Below, piece by piece: positions 53,215-63,700 of a DNA stretch of 64,000 bases. How positions within the stretch are numbered: position 1 is the first letter of the stretch; each line of letters starts with the position of its first letter. The notes below the pieces were generated by a model. That model saw nothing but the letters and a program-made list of their open reading frames with translations. It was not told where the DNA came from and did not search any database. Source of the stretch: Gemmatales bacterium (GTDB taxonomy: Bacteria; Planctomycetota; Planctomycetia; Gemmatales; HRBIN36). Location of the stretch: NCBI GenBank assembly GCA_041640595.1, contig JBEPZY010000002.1:114984-178983 (forward strand), in the 5' to 3' direction. The translations under genes were made by a program, and so were the position numbers.

Positions 53215-54243
53215 TCACAGCCGGAGCAGCAGGACGACGGCACCGTTATGCAGAAAATGCAGCAGCATCGGCAACAACAGGCCACCGCTGGCCACCCGCA
53301 TATAGCCCAGCACCACGCCCACCAGAATCAGATACGGTATGGCCAGGGCTTGCCCCAGATGGGCTGCTCCGAACATCACCCCGGACAGAAACACCGACAG
53401 ATGCAGGGCCAGGTTACGACCACCGCCTCGTAAAGCATCGTACATGGCGCCCAGAGCCAGGTAACGGAAGAACAATTCCTCGAAAATAGCCGGCGGCACG
53501 GTCAGCAAAAAGCAGTATAGCGGCACCTGTGCCAGTGCCCGCTGAAGTCGCTGCATGATTTCGAGCGTTTCTTTCGAAACCAGTTGCTGCATCAGCATGG
53601 TGTAGCCGATGTTGAGCAGCAAGAGTGCTGGCAGCACCAGAACCGGGCCGAGTACCCAGACCGTGAGCCGATGGCCAGGCGATGGGTTCGGTAACCGGCG
53701 AATTTTCCCAGCAGCCACCCACGTAGCCAGCACCAGTAACGCCATCACGACCGAAGCAACAACCGTGTACTGCAATTCCAGGTCTCGGAACCTGTCCAGG
53801 TTTTGCGGATTCGGTAACCCGTTGGGCATGAAAAGACCGAGTTTCTCCGCTTTCAGGTAAACCATCACCGCACCAGCAATCAGGGAGCCGAGGATAACGG
53901 CATAGCCCACGAGCACGGCGAGCAAAGCCCGCAACGACCAGCGGCGCCGTCGCGGCAAGGCAACGGAAACCCCCTGAAACGTCGAGTCTAACGGTGCGGC
54001 ACACCACGGGCACTGCACGACCTGCTGCGCTACGGGCTTACCGCAACGCCAGCAGACACCGGTCAACCCTTCAAACACCGCTGGCTCCACCGAGGGAATC
54101 AAAACTGGTTCCACCTGCGGAATGTGCTTGTTTTCCACCGGCAACACTTCGGGAATTTCCTGCGCTGACGGCGGGTCGAACGGTGGTGGGGGCCACGGAT
54201 ACGGCGGCGGATAGCGTTGTTCGTCCGGCCAGGAACCAGTCAT
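53215..54243 (-). CDS. CPBP (CAAX/Abi) family intramembrane protease with an N-terminal zinc ribbon
   Basis: FEELFFR, FGAAH and HFLHN motifs; CWRC..CPWC; GAGG RBS. Confidence 0.88.
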   Translation of the reverse strand: MTGSWPDEQRYPPPYPWPPPPFDPPSAQEIPEVLPVENKHIPQVEPVLIPSVEPAVFEGLTGVCWRCGKPVAQQVVQCPWCAAPLDSTFQGVSVALPRRRRWSLRALLAVLVGYAVILGSLIAGAVMVYLKAEKLGLFMPNGLPNPQNLDRFRDLELQYTVVASVVMALLVLATWVAAGKIRRLPNPSPGHRLTVWVLGPVLVLPALLLLNIGYTMLMQQLVSKETLEIMQRLQRALAQVPLYCFLLTVPPAIFEELFFRYLALGAMYDALRGGGRNLALHLSVFLSGVMFGAAHLGQALAIPYLILVGVVLGYMRVASGGLLLPMLLHFLHNGAVVLLLRL

Positions 54244-54431
54244 CGCAACATCCTCGCAGCAGTTTTGTTCTCAGTTGCTTTCTGCCATTATAGCGACGAC
54301 CTGCAGGAAGCAACCACGCCCTGTTTTACCGCACCGGGTGGACACACCGCCAGCCCCGAACTTCCGCTGGCGTTGACTGATCGCACTCCGCATCGCCCGG
54401 ACATCCTCGGGCGGGCAGAAGCAGACCGGAC

Positions 54432-54590
54432 GAAACAACTGACCGCCCCGACGGATCGCGTTTTCGGCGACCGGACCGGCGTGCGTGGGGAACAAGTGAA
54501 CGGCGGAAACAACCGACCGCCCCGACGGACCGTGTTTTCGCTGACCAGACCGGCTCGCGCTGAGAACAAGCGAGCGGCGGAAACAACATC
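54432..54590. repeat. Degenerate tandem repeat, period 74
   Basis: GAAACAAC at 54432, 54506 and 54580; GACCGCCCCGACGGA is shared by the first two units. Confidence 0.88.
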
Positions 54591-54947
54591 GCCTGGGCAA
54601 CTTGCATTTTCATTGAGAGAAGCGTGCGTTGGCTGAGCAGCGATGAGGGCCGGGGGAACGAAGATGTTGCGTCGCCATTTCTGCTACCTGCCCGGTCAGG
54701 CACACGGCAAGGCTGGATATGGCGTTACAAACCGCCCGGTCCGGAACGCTTTGGGGCGCGTCCCCAAAACTGGAAATTGGTCAGCGCGAGCGAGTATTCC
54801 CGTGTCCTGACGGCTGGCTATAACATTTTCTTCCACAGCATGGTTGCAAGCTAAAATGGGAAAGTGAACGGTCGCGACGGTGTCTGTCAAGCCGCACTGT
54901 CCCGCGTCGTCCAAGCGCTGACACCTGGCTAACGGAGGAATGCAACG

Positions 54948-56768
54948 GTGCGATTGGTGGTGCAAAAATTCGGTGGTACCAGTGTTGCCACGGCCGAGCG
55001 CATCATGGCGGCAGCGCGGCGAGCGATTCGCGCCCGCCAACAGGGAAATCAGGTGATTGTCGTGGTCAGTGCCCGCGGCGATACCACCGACGAACTCATT
55101 GCCCTGGCCCGCGAAATCACCGAAAATCCCCCCAGTCGGGAACTGGATATGCTGTTATCCACCGGCGAACAAATCTCCATCGCCTTGATGGCTATGGCAA
55201 TCCAGGCCCTGGGCTACCCAGCCATCAGTTTTACCGGAGCGCAGATCGGCATCGTAACCGACAGTTTTCACACCAAGGCACGCATCAAGAACATTTCCAC
55301 GCAGCGAATTTTGCAGGCACTGGCCGATGGGCAGATTGTCATCGTGGCCGGGTTCCAGGGCGTGGACGAGCATTACAACATCACCACCCTGGGTCGCGGT
55401 GGGTCGGACACGACTGCCGTGGCGCTGGCGGCAGTGATGAAACACGACCCTTCCAGTCCGTTCCAGGAGGTGGATTGCGAAATTTATACCGACGTAGATG
55501 GCGTGTACACCACCGATCCGCGCATTGTGCCGGAAGCCCAGAAACTCCCCGCCATCAGTTACGACGAAATGCTGGAGCTGGCGAGTCTCGGGGCGGGTGT
55601 GATGCATTCGCGGAGCATCGAATTTGCCAAAAAATTCAACGTTCCGGTCATGGTGCGCAGCTCGTTCAGCGATGCGATCGGCACCTGGATCGTTCCCGAG
55701 ACCGAATGGATGCGGCAGGTGCCGGTCTGTGGTGCTGCCCTGGCCAAAGAGGAAGCGCGGATCAGCTTGATTGGTGTGCCCGACCGACCGGGAGTCAGCC
55801 ATCGCATCTTTTCAGCGATTGCCGAGCACAACATCGCCGTGGACATGATCGGACAGAATCTCGGCGAGGCTGGCCGGGCCGAGATCGGTTTCACCGTTTT
55901 ACGCAACGAGCTACCGGCCACGCTGACCGCACTGAGGCAACTGGCCAGCGAACTGGGCGCAGAAGTGCGCTGCGAAGACAATGTCAGTAAAGTCTCCGTT
56001 GTCGGGGCGGGCATGCGCACCCATACCGGTGTGGCGGAACGCTTCTTCCGCGCCCTTGCCGAAGCCGACGTCCTGGTCAAATCGGTCACCACGGGCGACA
56101 TCAAGATTTCCGCACTGGTGGATAAGCCCGATGGGCCGCGGGCACTGCGAGCGTTGCATCAGGCGTTTGCCCTCGATCAGCCGCGACTCGATTATTCCGC
56201 ACCTTCGCCCGACACCAGCGCGGGGCAATTGCCCGACCTTCGGGAACTCCTGGCCAGCGATCTGCCCGTGACCGGGCGTTTGGAAGCTATGGAGGATATC
56301 GTGGTCAGCGACCTCAGCCTGGATGAGACGCAAGGGCGGGTTACGGTGCGGAATGTTCCGGCCCAGACGCGAGTTCTCTCCGATTTGTTCTCGGCGATTG
56401 CTCAGGCCGGCATCAACGTGGATTTGATCGTCCACAGCACCAAAAATGGCACCCAGCTGGCGGAATTATCGTTCAGCGTGCCGCGCGCTGACGTGCCCCG
56501 TGCCGCCGAGATAGCCCGCAGCCTGGCCAAACAGCGCTGGCCCGATGCTCAGGTACTGGCTGAGCCGAACATCGCTGTCGTCAGTGTCACCGGAGTGGGC
56601 GTGCGAACCCATACGGGCGTGGCTCGACGCATGTTCGGCGCTCTGGCTCAGCAGGGCATCAACATCGCCATGATCAGCACCAGCGAAATTCGCGTGGAAG
56701 TGGTAGTGGATGCCGAGCGTGGCCAGGAAGCTCTGGCCGCTCTCCGCCACGCCTTCCGCCCGGTGTAA
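54948..56768 (+). CDS. lysC: Aspartate kinase with four ACT domains
   Basis: VQKFGGTSV, TTLGRGGSDTTA, YTDVDGVYTTDPR and duplicated ACT pairs; GGAGG RBS, GTG start. Confidence 0.95.
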   Translation: MRLVVQKFGGTSVATAERIMAAARRAIRARQQGNQVIVVVSARGDTTDELIALAREITENPPSRELDMLLSTGEQISIALMAMAIQALGYPAISFTGAQIGIVTDSFHTKARIKNISTQRILQALADGQIVIVAGFQGVDEHYNITTLGRGGSDTTAVALAAVMKHDPSSPFQEVDCEIYTDVDGVYTTDPRIVPEAQKLPAISYDEMLELASLGAGVMHSRSIEFAKKFNVPVMVRSSFSDAIGTWIVPETEWMRQVPVCGAALAKEEARISLIGVPDRPGVSHRIFSAIAEHNIAVDMIGQNLGEAGRAEIGFTVLRNELPATLTALRQLASELGAEVRCEDNVSKVSVVGAGMRTHTGVAERFFRALAEADVLVKSVTTGDIKISALVDKPDGPRALRALHQAFALDQPRLDYSAPSPDTSAGQLPDLRELLASDLPVTGRLEAMEDIVVSDLSLDETQGRVTVRNVPAQTRVLSDLFSAIAQAGINVDLIVHSTKNGTQLAELSFSVPRADVPRAAEIARSLAKQRWPDAQVLAEPNIAVVSVTGVGVRTHTGVARRMFGALAQQGINIAMISTSEIRVEVVVDAERGQEALAALRHAFRPV

Positions 56769-57406
56769 CCGCTCAACCATACCGGCGCTCGGAACGCTGA
56801 CTACTCGGGGCTTGTCGACCATGTCGGCTGCGTAACTTCTCAAGCATACTGCCACGCCGAACCGTACCGACGGGAGCTTCCCTCACCGGCTGCACCGATT
56901 GGCAAACTCTCCATCCCGCCTTCCGCCCGGCGTAACCGCTAGCCCATACCGCCACGCGGAAGTGATCAGTTGCTGTTGCAGCCTTTATTACGATAGCCTA
57001 ACCGCCCAAGTGCACTGCCACGCGGAACCGTACTGACGGCGGCTTGCTTCACCGGCTGCACCGATTGGCAAACTCTCCATCCCGCCTTCCGCCCGGCATA
57101 ACCGCTCAACCATACCGCCACGCGGAACCGTACTGACGGGAGCTTCCTTCACCGGCTGCACCGATTGGCAAACTCTCCGCCACACCTTCCGCCCGGCGTA
57201 ACCGCTAGCCCATACTGCCACGCCGAACCGTACCGACGGGAGCTTCCCTCACCGGCTGCACCGATTGGCAAACTCTCCGCCACACCTTCCGCCCGGCGTA
57301 ACCGCTCAACCATACCGCCGCGCGGAACCGTACTGACGGCGGCTTGCTTCACCGGCTGCACCGATTGGCAAACTCTCCGCCACACCTTCCGCCCGGCGTA
57401 ACCGCT
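56740..57406 (+). repeat. Tandem array seeded by the lysC 3' end (100-bp unit plus 66-67-bp inserts)
   Basis: CCTTCCGCCCGG at 56752 (inside lysC), 56919, 57085, 57185, 57285 and 57385. Confidence 0.95.
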
Positions 57407-57833
57407 GAAGCTGCCGTTACACGCATTGCATCGCTGTTCGGCCCACCACCCGTGCCAGCACATTGCACCAGCATTGCGACAGAGCCCTCAAAGGCTGAAC
57501 CTGTGTCGAACGCGGCTGACCACCCGTGCCACTACACTACCCCAACCCCGCAACGCCCGCCGGTACGCCGCAATAAGCTCCTACAGTCGTACCGGCGGTT
57601 ACGCCAACGCGGAAGAATTCTGGCTGGCAGCAGGCGCAACCGAAGCAGAACAAGAACAGGGTCCAGGCATTTCTCGCCCTCAACGCGCACCGGCGAGGAC
57701 ACGAGAGCAACGCGGTACACTTCTGCTGCCGCTTTGCCCGGTTACCTGGTTGGGCTCGAAGATGGAAACGTCCGGGACTTATCAGAACCGATACCTGACA
57801 GAGGTGCAGCGCTGGGCACGGTGAAGGGTTCGG

Positions 57834-58850
57834 CTACTTTGCAAAAAGTTTTCGCAGCTCTTCCGGGGTGAAGTTCAAGTTGCATGTCGGCCCGGTGTCG
57901 CGGAGGATTTTCTCGGCAATCAGGCGATTGGTAGGAGCGAGCACGCTGAAATGGTCTGCCCCGGGTACCGGCAGGAACCGCACATTCGGATTGGTGCACG
58001 ACCTGGCCATGTTCTGCAAGCTTTGAATGTTGGAGTTGACGGTTCCCTCGAAGACGAACGTGGGGGATTTGATCGCATGCAGCCATCGCCCGGGAGAGCG
58101 CAGTTCGATTTCCCGAGGGTTCGACAGATCGAAGGGGAGAAATTCGCGTCCATAGCCGCGAACATCGTCCGCGGGGCCGAACGAGAAAACAGCCCGGAAA
58201 CGATCCGAGCATTCCGCCACCAGCAGAGCGAGAGTGCCCCCCGTGCTGTGACCGCCGAGGTAAATGCGATTGGGGTCCACGTAGGGCTGTTGGGCGAGAA
58301 AATCCGCTGCCGCCAGAACATCGTCCACTTCGCCCAAAAAGCCTTCTTTGAATCCTGGATTAGTATTGCCTCCGCGCAGGGAAGGAAACATCATCACGAT
58401 CCCGGCCTGGCGGTAGGCGCTGGCAGTTTGATCGTTATTGGCCGGTGCTGGACTCCAAACATCGCCGATGGTGTTGCAGTCGCCCCCAGTTATCCAGATG
58501 ATAGCCGGACGTTTCCTGCCGTCTTTGGGATCGGGAGTAAGGTAGGCCGCCAGCTTGCCCACAGGTGCCGGATACCAAACAACCTGAAAAATATTCGGAG
58601 GTGGTGGCGGAACAGGTTCGTCGGCAGTCTCACGTCGCACCAGCCTGGTCCGAAAGCCCTTTCGCGCCTCCGCCAGCGAACCGGCAGCACTTCCCGGCTG
58701 AGCGACACTCGCTTTAGGGAACACCGGTTTGCTCACCGAGGGCAGCGGGTTGCTCGGGGGCCGCGGAGTTGCTGCTGGCGACCGTCTTGCCTCACGCTGG
58801 CAACCACTCACGACCACCACAGCTAACAGCAGACAAATGAGTTGCCTCAT
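57834..58850 (-). CDS. Alpha/beta-hydrolase (S9 peptidase-like) lipoprotein
   Basis: Lipobox VSGC, GHSTGG nucleophile elbow, VDPNRIYL, ADHF; start re-called to ATG 58850. Confidence 0.88.
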   Translation of the reverse strand: MRQLICLLLAVVVVSGCQREARRSPAATPRPPSNPLPSVSKPVFPKASVAQPGSAAGSLAEARKGFRTRLVRRETADEPVPPPPPNIFQVVWYPAPVGKLAAYLTPDPKDGRKRPAIIWITGGDCNTIGDVWSPAPANNDQTASAYRQAGIVMMFPSLRGGNTNPGFKEGFLGEVDDVLAAADFLAQQPYVDPNRIYLGGHSTGGTLALLVAECSDRFRAVFSFGPADDVRGYGREFLPFDLSNPREIELRSPGRWLHAIKSPTFVFEGTVNSNIQSLQNMARSCTNPNVRFLPVPGADHFSVLAPTNRLIAEKILRDTGPTCNLNFTPEELRKLFAK

Positions 58851-59013
58851 GGAAAAGCCTCCTCTTTCAACCTTCCCAGCCGGGCAAGCACACCAACCCG
58901 CCGGCATGGCGATTTTTCAGTGTACCGCCCGCATTGATTCGGATAGGGAAAAATCGTCCTCTGTCCACTGCCCCGTTGTTACGGCAGCCTGCACCTGGGG
59001 GAAACTTGCGGCC

Positions 59014-59197
59014 ACGATTCCCGCTTCTCGTTCGCTGGTGATGATTCGTTTAAGCCGAGCCTGCTCGGAAGGTCTGAGGTACCGTGGACGATTCCCGCTT
59101 CTCGTTCGCTGGTGATGATTCGTTTAAGCCGAGCCTGCTCGGAAGGTCTGAGGTACCGTGGACGATTCCCGCTTCTCGTTCGCTGGTGATGATTCGT
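59014..59197. repeat. Exact tandem duplication, period 74, about 2.5 copies
   Basis: ACGATTCCCGCTTCTCGTTCGCTGGTGATGATTCGTT at 59014, 59088 and 59162. Confidence 0.95.
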
Positions 59198-59344
59198 TGC
59201 TTATCCGTGGCCGGCCGCGATTTGCCCAATGTGATTGGCCAGCTGTGATTCGCAGCCTGTCATTCGCAACTTGTCAATCGTCGCTAGCTGTTCACCTGCT
59301 GTGATTGGCCGCATGTCATTCGCTGCTCGTCCTTCACCTGTCGC

Positions 59345-59503
59345 ACACCATCCATAACACACAGCCCTATAGTCAGCCGCCGCCAAACGTTGCACAACCG
59401 GTCCCCGTCGTACACCATCCGCAACATACAGCACTTCATCGCCGACCTCATAAAGGCGGGGCCGGGCCGCCCCCGTCGTACACCATCCGCAACACACAGC
59501 ACC
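59345..59503. repeat. Degenerate tandem repeat, period 67-68
   Basis: ACACCATCC..AACA.ACAGC at 59345, 59412 and 59480. Confidence 0.8.
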
Positions 59504-59509
59504 CAGGCC

Positions 59510-60120
59510 TGCCGCCCGCCGCTCTTGTGCATGTGCGTTTCTGCATCGCGGATGGCGCTTTATGCCGCGAACACACGCCGTGCAACCAGGAGCAGCTGGC
59601 GTAACCCAGCCGTGGTTCCCGAAACGCGCTTGCAGCGGCAACACCGCAATTGTCGCACACGGGCGATCGGCCGGTGGTCTGTGCACGAACACCTTTGGAA
59701 TTCCGTTACCACACCCACGGGGGGCTGACGTCCGCCGCTCTTGGGAACGTGCGTTTCTGCATCGCGAAAATCGTTTTTTCGCCGGCAAACGTTCGCTCTG
59801 CAACAAGAGCGGGGGGCGTAAGCCCCCCGTGGTTCGGGAGCCGATTGTGCAGTGGCAAACGTAACCACTCCACGAAGATCACTCGCCGTTGCAGATGCGT
59901 TTTTCGATACCACGGCGGGCTGACGCCCGCCGCTCTTGGTTCTGTGTCGCATAGCCGCTGCACAGTGCGTGGTTTCCGCGGCACAGCGCTGGGTTCACCG
60001 TACCACGGCGGGCTGACGCCCGCCGCTCTTGATTCGGCGGTCGTCCTTCACCAGACATCGGTCGGTGTGCGCTGCAGGCGCGGCCCATCGCCGACCACGG
60101 CGGGCTGATGAAGGCCGGTC
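59510..60120. repeat. REP-like hairpin array, cluster 8 (about 7 copies)
   Basis: Copies at about 59512 (half), 59590, 59715, 59807, 59910, 60003 and 60095. Confidence 0.9.
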
Positions 60121-60270
60121 TGGACTCGGCAGTCGTTCTTCGTCAAAGGGGAGTTGCGGTCAGAGGAACGGTTGCGTCGGTGTACGCGGGCACGGTTTGC
60201 GACGAGTTGCGAGCAAGTTACAGGTGGTTGGAAAAAGTTGTGCGTCGGTGGACGCTCACGGCTGGCGGGG

Positions 60271-60672
60271 CGGCGATGGTAATTTTCGACCAGGCATGTT
60301 GTCGTGGTTGCGCTGGTCAGGGAGGCGACCACGGGGCCTTCAACGGCGATTGTAATTTTCCACGGGGGCACGTTGTCGTCACAGTGGGATGCTGGAAGGC
60401 AATCAGCGGCCTCCCAGAAGCGGCGGTCATTTTTGGGCGGGGCATGTTGGCGTGGTACTGGTGGTTCGGGAGCGCGAACCATCTGTCAGCACGATGTCAC
60501 CAAAACCGCGCATGTTGCCGTGGTAGTGGTGGTTCGGGGGCACGCCAGAGGCTTCCCAGCGGCGATGGTCATTTTCCTCGGGAGCATGTTCTCGTCGCCG
60601 TGGGGATCCGGAAGACAATGAGCGGCCTACCAGAAGCGGCGGTCATTTTCGGCGGGGGCGTGTTGCCGGGGT
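60271..60672. repeat. Degenerate tandem repeat (periods 68-74, about 6 copies) ending at the Hsp70-like gene 5' region
   Basis: Recurrent CGGCG(AT)GGT[A/C]ATTTT..GCATGTT at 60271, 60344, 60421, about 60495, 60560 and 60636. Confidence 0.75.
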
Positions 60673-60708
60673 GGGCGTAGAATTTGGCGAGCAATGGCAG
60701 GGGCGATT

Positions 60709-63700
60709 ATGGCACGGTACTGCATCGGGATTGATCTGGGAACGACGAACACAGCCCTGGCGTATGTGGACGTTCGGCGTGGCCAGGACGGGAAAATTGT
60801 GAGTTTTGCTATCCCGCAACTGGTAGCGCCGGGGGAAGTGGGTCGGCGGATGTTGCTGCCGTCGTTTCTGTACCTGGCGGGAGAACACGATCTGCCAGCG
60901 GGAGCCTCGGCGTTACCGTGGGATGCCCAGCGCCGCTATGTGGTTGGCGAACTGGCCCGTGAACAGGGAGCACGTGTTCCCGGACGGCTGGTCAGTTCGG
61001 CCAAATCGTGGCTATGTCATGCCGGGGTGGATCGGCAGGCGGCGATCTTGCCGTGGAACAGTCCGGCTGACGTGCCGAGAGTTTCTCCCGTGCAGGCGTC
61101 TGCTCGGTATCTGCAACACCTGGTGGAGGCCTGGAACTGGAGTTTTGCTCAGAGCGATGCGGAAGCGCGGCTGGAAAAGCAGACCATTGTGCTGACCATT
61201 CCTGCCTCGTTTGACGAAATGGCCCGGCAATTGACGCTGGAAGCGGCGCGACTGGCCGGACTGGAACACGTCACGCTTCTGGAAGAACCGCAAGCAGCGT
61301 TTTATGCGTGGATGGCGGCAGGGCGGTGCGAAATTGTCGGCGAAACGCAACCGGTGCCCGTTCGCTCTGCCGAGGAGGCGTTGCGGCCGGGCATGCGGTG
61401 TGTGGTGATTGACGTGGGCGGTGGAACCACCGACTTCACCCTGATCGAAGCGGTGGAACAGCAGGGGGAGTTGGCCCTGGTACGCCAGGCCGTCGGCGAG
61501 CATCTGCTGCTGGGCGGCGATAACATGGATCTGGCGCTGGCTCGCTATGTCGAACAAAAGCTGGGCGTGAGTGGCAAACTGGATGCGGTTACGTTTTTCC
61601 AGTTAGCGCAGGCCTGTCGGCGGGCAAAAGAGCAGTTGCTCGGCGACAATCCGCCCGCGAGTGTGCCGGTTACCGTGATCGGACGTGGGCGTGCTGTGGT
61701 CGGCAGCACGCTGAGCACGACGTTGACCAGCGACGAAATTGCCGAGGTGCTGCTGGAGGGATTCTTTCCGTTAGACCCGTTTGATGCGGAGCCGCAAACA
61801 GCCACGCGGTTGGGTCTGCACGAAATGGGACTGCCGTATGTCAGCGATCCGGCCATTCCGCACCATCTGGCGGCGTTTCTGCGAACCTTTGCCGGCGAGC
61901 GGCCACCGGAGGCGATTCTGTTCAACGGCGGGGTCTTTCAATCGGCGCGGTTGCGGCAACGGTTGCTGACCGTGATGCAGCGCTGGTATGCCGGACACCA
62001 CTGGCAACCGCGGGTGCTCACCAATCCTTCGCTCGACCTGGCAGTCGCCTGGGGAGCGGCTTATTATGGCTGGTTGCGTCAAACCGGAGGCAAACGGATT
62101 CGCAGCGGGTTGGCGCGGTCGTATTACCTGGGCATAGCGGCGGGTGCGGCAAACTCCGCCAGCGAATCGGCTGGTGCATCCGACGGCGAAACGCTCACCG
62201 TGCTGTGCGTGGCTCCGCGGCAGCTCGACGAAGGAGCCGAAATCCGACTCGAACAACCGGAAATGTTGCTGGCGTTGGGCGAGCCGGTGCAATTCCCGCT
62301 GTTTGCATCGGCAGTACGACCCCAGGACCAGCCCGGGCAAATTCTCCGCTTCAAATCGGGCCAGCTCCAGGCGTTGCCGGCACTTTCCACCGTGCTTAAA
62401 GGAGGCAAACGTTCCGCGAAACGCGAAATTCCGGTGACGGTGACGGCACGGTTGACGGAGATCGGCACGCTGGAACTCGGCCTGGCCTCCCGGCTGGGCG
62501 AACAACGATGGAAACTGGAATTTCCGGTGCGGCAAACCGGCCAAGCAATGACGACCCCTGCCGCTTCAGCTACCACATCCCAGCAGGAGGAAACGTCCGT
62601 TCCGGCCAACCCGATCGCGGAGACCTGGTCGGAGGAAATCGTCCAGGCCGCCGGGCAAGCCATTCGCCAGGCCTTCGCCAGTGCGGAGCCCGAAAGTGTC
62701 CGGCAACTCCCGAAACGCCTGGAAGAACTCTTGCAGATGCCCCGCGAAGATTGGCCGATTACACTGTGCCGACAACTCTGGCCGTTCCTGGCCGAGTCGG
62801 TTTCCCAGCGCTGGCGATCTCCGATGCATGTGGCTCGCTGGTATCACCTGGCCGGATTTTGTTTGCGTCCCGGATTTGGAGAAGTGCTGGATAGCCATCG
62901 CGTCGAACAGCTGTGGAAATTGCTGAGCGTGCCAGGCAAGGGAGGCGGTCCGGCCACGCTTCGCAGCAACGATGGTGGGCCGGAATACTGGATTTTGTGG
63001 CGGCGTGTGGCAGGCGGTCTGGCCGCCAATCTGCAACAGGCAATTTTCGACCGGTTGCGACCGTTTCTGTTACCGCAAAAAGGCAAGTCCCCGCCTTATC
63101 GTCCGAACTCCCACGAACTGGCGGAAATGTGGCGGGCGGTGGCAAGCCTGGAGCGGTTACCGGTGGCCAGCAAACAAGCCCTCGGCGAAACTCTGCTGCG
63201 CCAGCTTTCTCGCCGACCCTGGCCGACATACCTGTTCTGGTCGCTGACTCGTCTTGGTAGCCGACAACCCTTCTACGGCCCGTGGAATACGGTAATTCCG
63301 GCCGAGACGGTGACCGATTGGCTTCGCCGGTTACTGGAACTGCAGGCGGCGATCAGCGAGGCCAGCCCGTCTGCTCCTTCGCTGGCTAAAGAGGCTGCGG
63401 AAGTTGCCCAGTCTGCGGCAAAAAAAAGCCCCTCCGGCCTGGCCACGCACGAAGTGCGCGACTGGCTGTTTTGCCTGACCGAACTGGCCCGACGTACCGG
63501 TATCCGCAGCCTCGACATCGAGGAATCGCTGCGGCAGGAAGTGCTCCAGTTACTGGAACGGCTGGGGGCACCGGAGGACTGGCGGCAAGCGGTACGGGAA
63601 GGCGGACCGCGGGCACAAGCCGAAGCCGGACGGCTTTTTGGCGAAAGTCTGCCGCTCGGTTTACGCCTGGCCGAACCGGGCCCGGCTCCTTCTGCCGAGC

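Noticed and set aside
54600..54947. Lysine riboswitch upstream of lysC
   Set aside because: No recognisable L-box conserved motifs or terminator could be identified by eye
24573..57406. Gene-end repeats as diversity-generating retroelement TR/VR pairs
   Set aside because: No reverse transcriptase in the window, differences are not adenine-specific, and copies are multiple and tandem
40193..58826. Long antisense ORFs (for example 40193-41014, 43443-44282, 47255-48070, 57951-58826)
   Set aside because: Shadow frames of well-supported genes in GC-rich DNA
21654..60108. Many ORF-track ORFs inside the repeat clusters (peptides such as GGLTPAA, RAAGVSPPW, KSGGRQPAV)
   Set aside because: They are translations of the GC-rich hairpin in several overlapping frames, with no RBS and no protein-like domain; treated as non-coding
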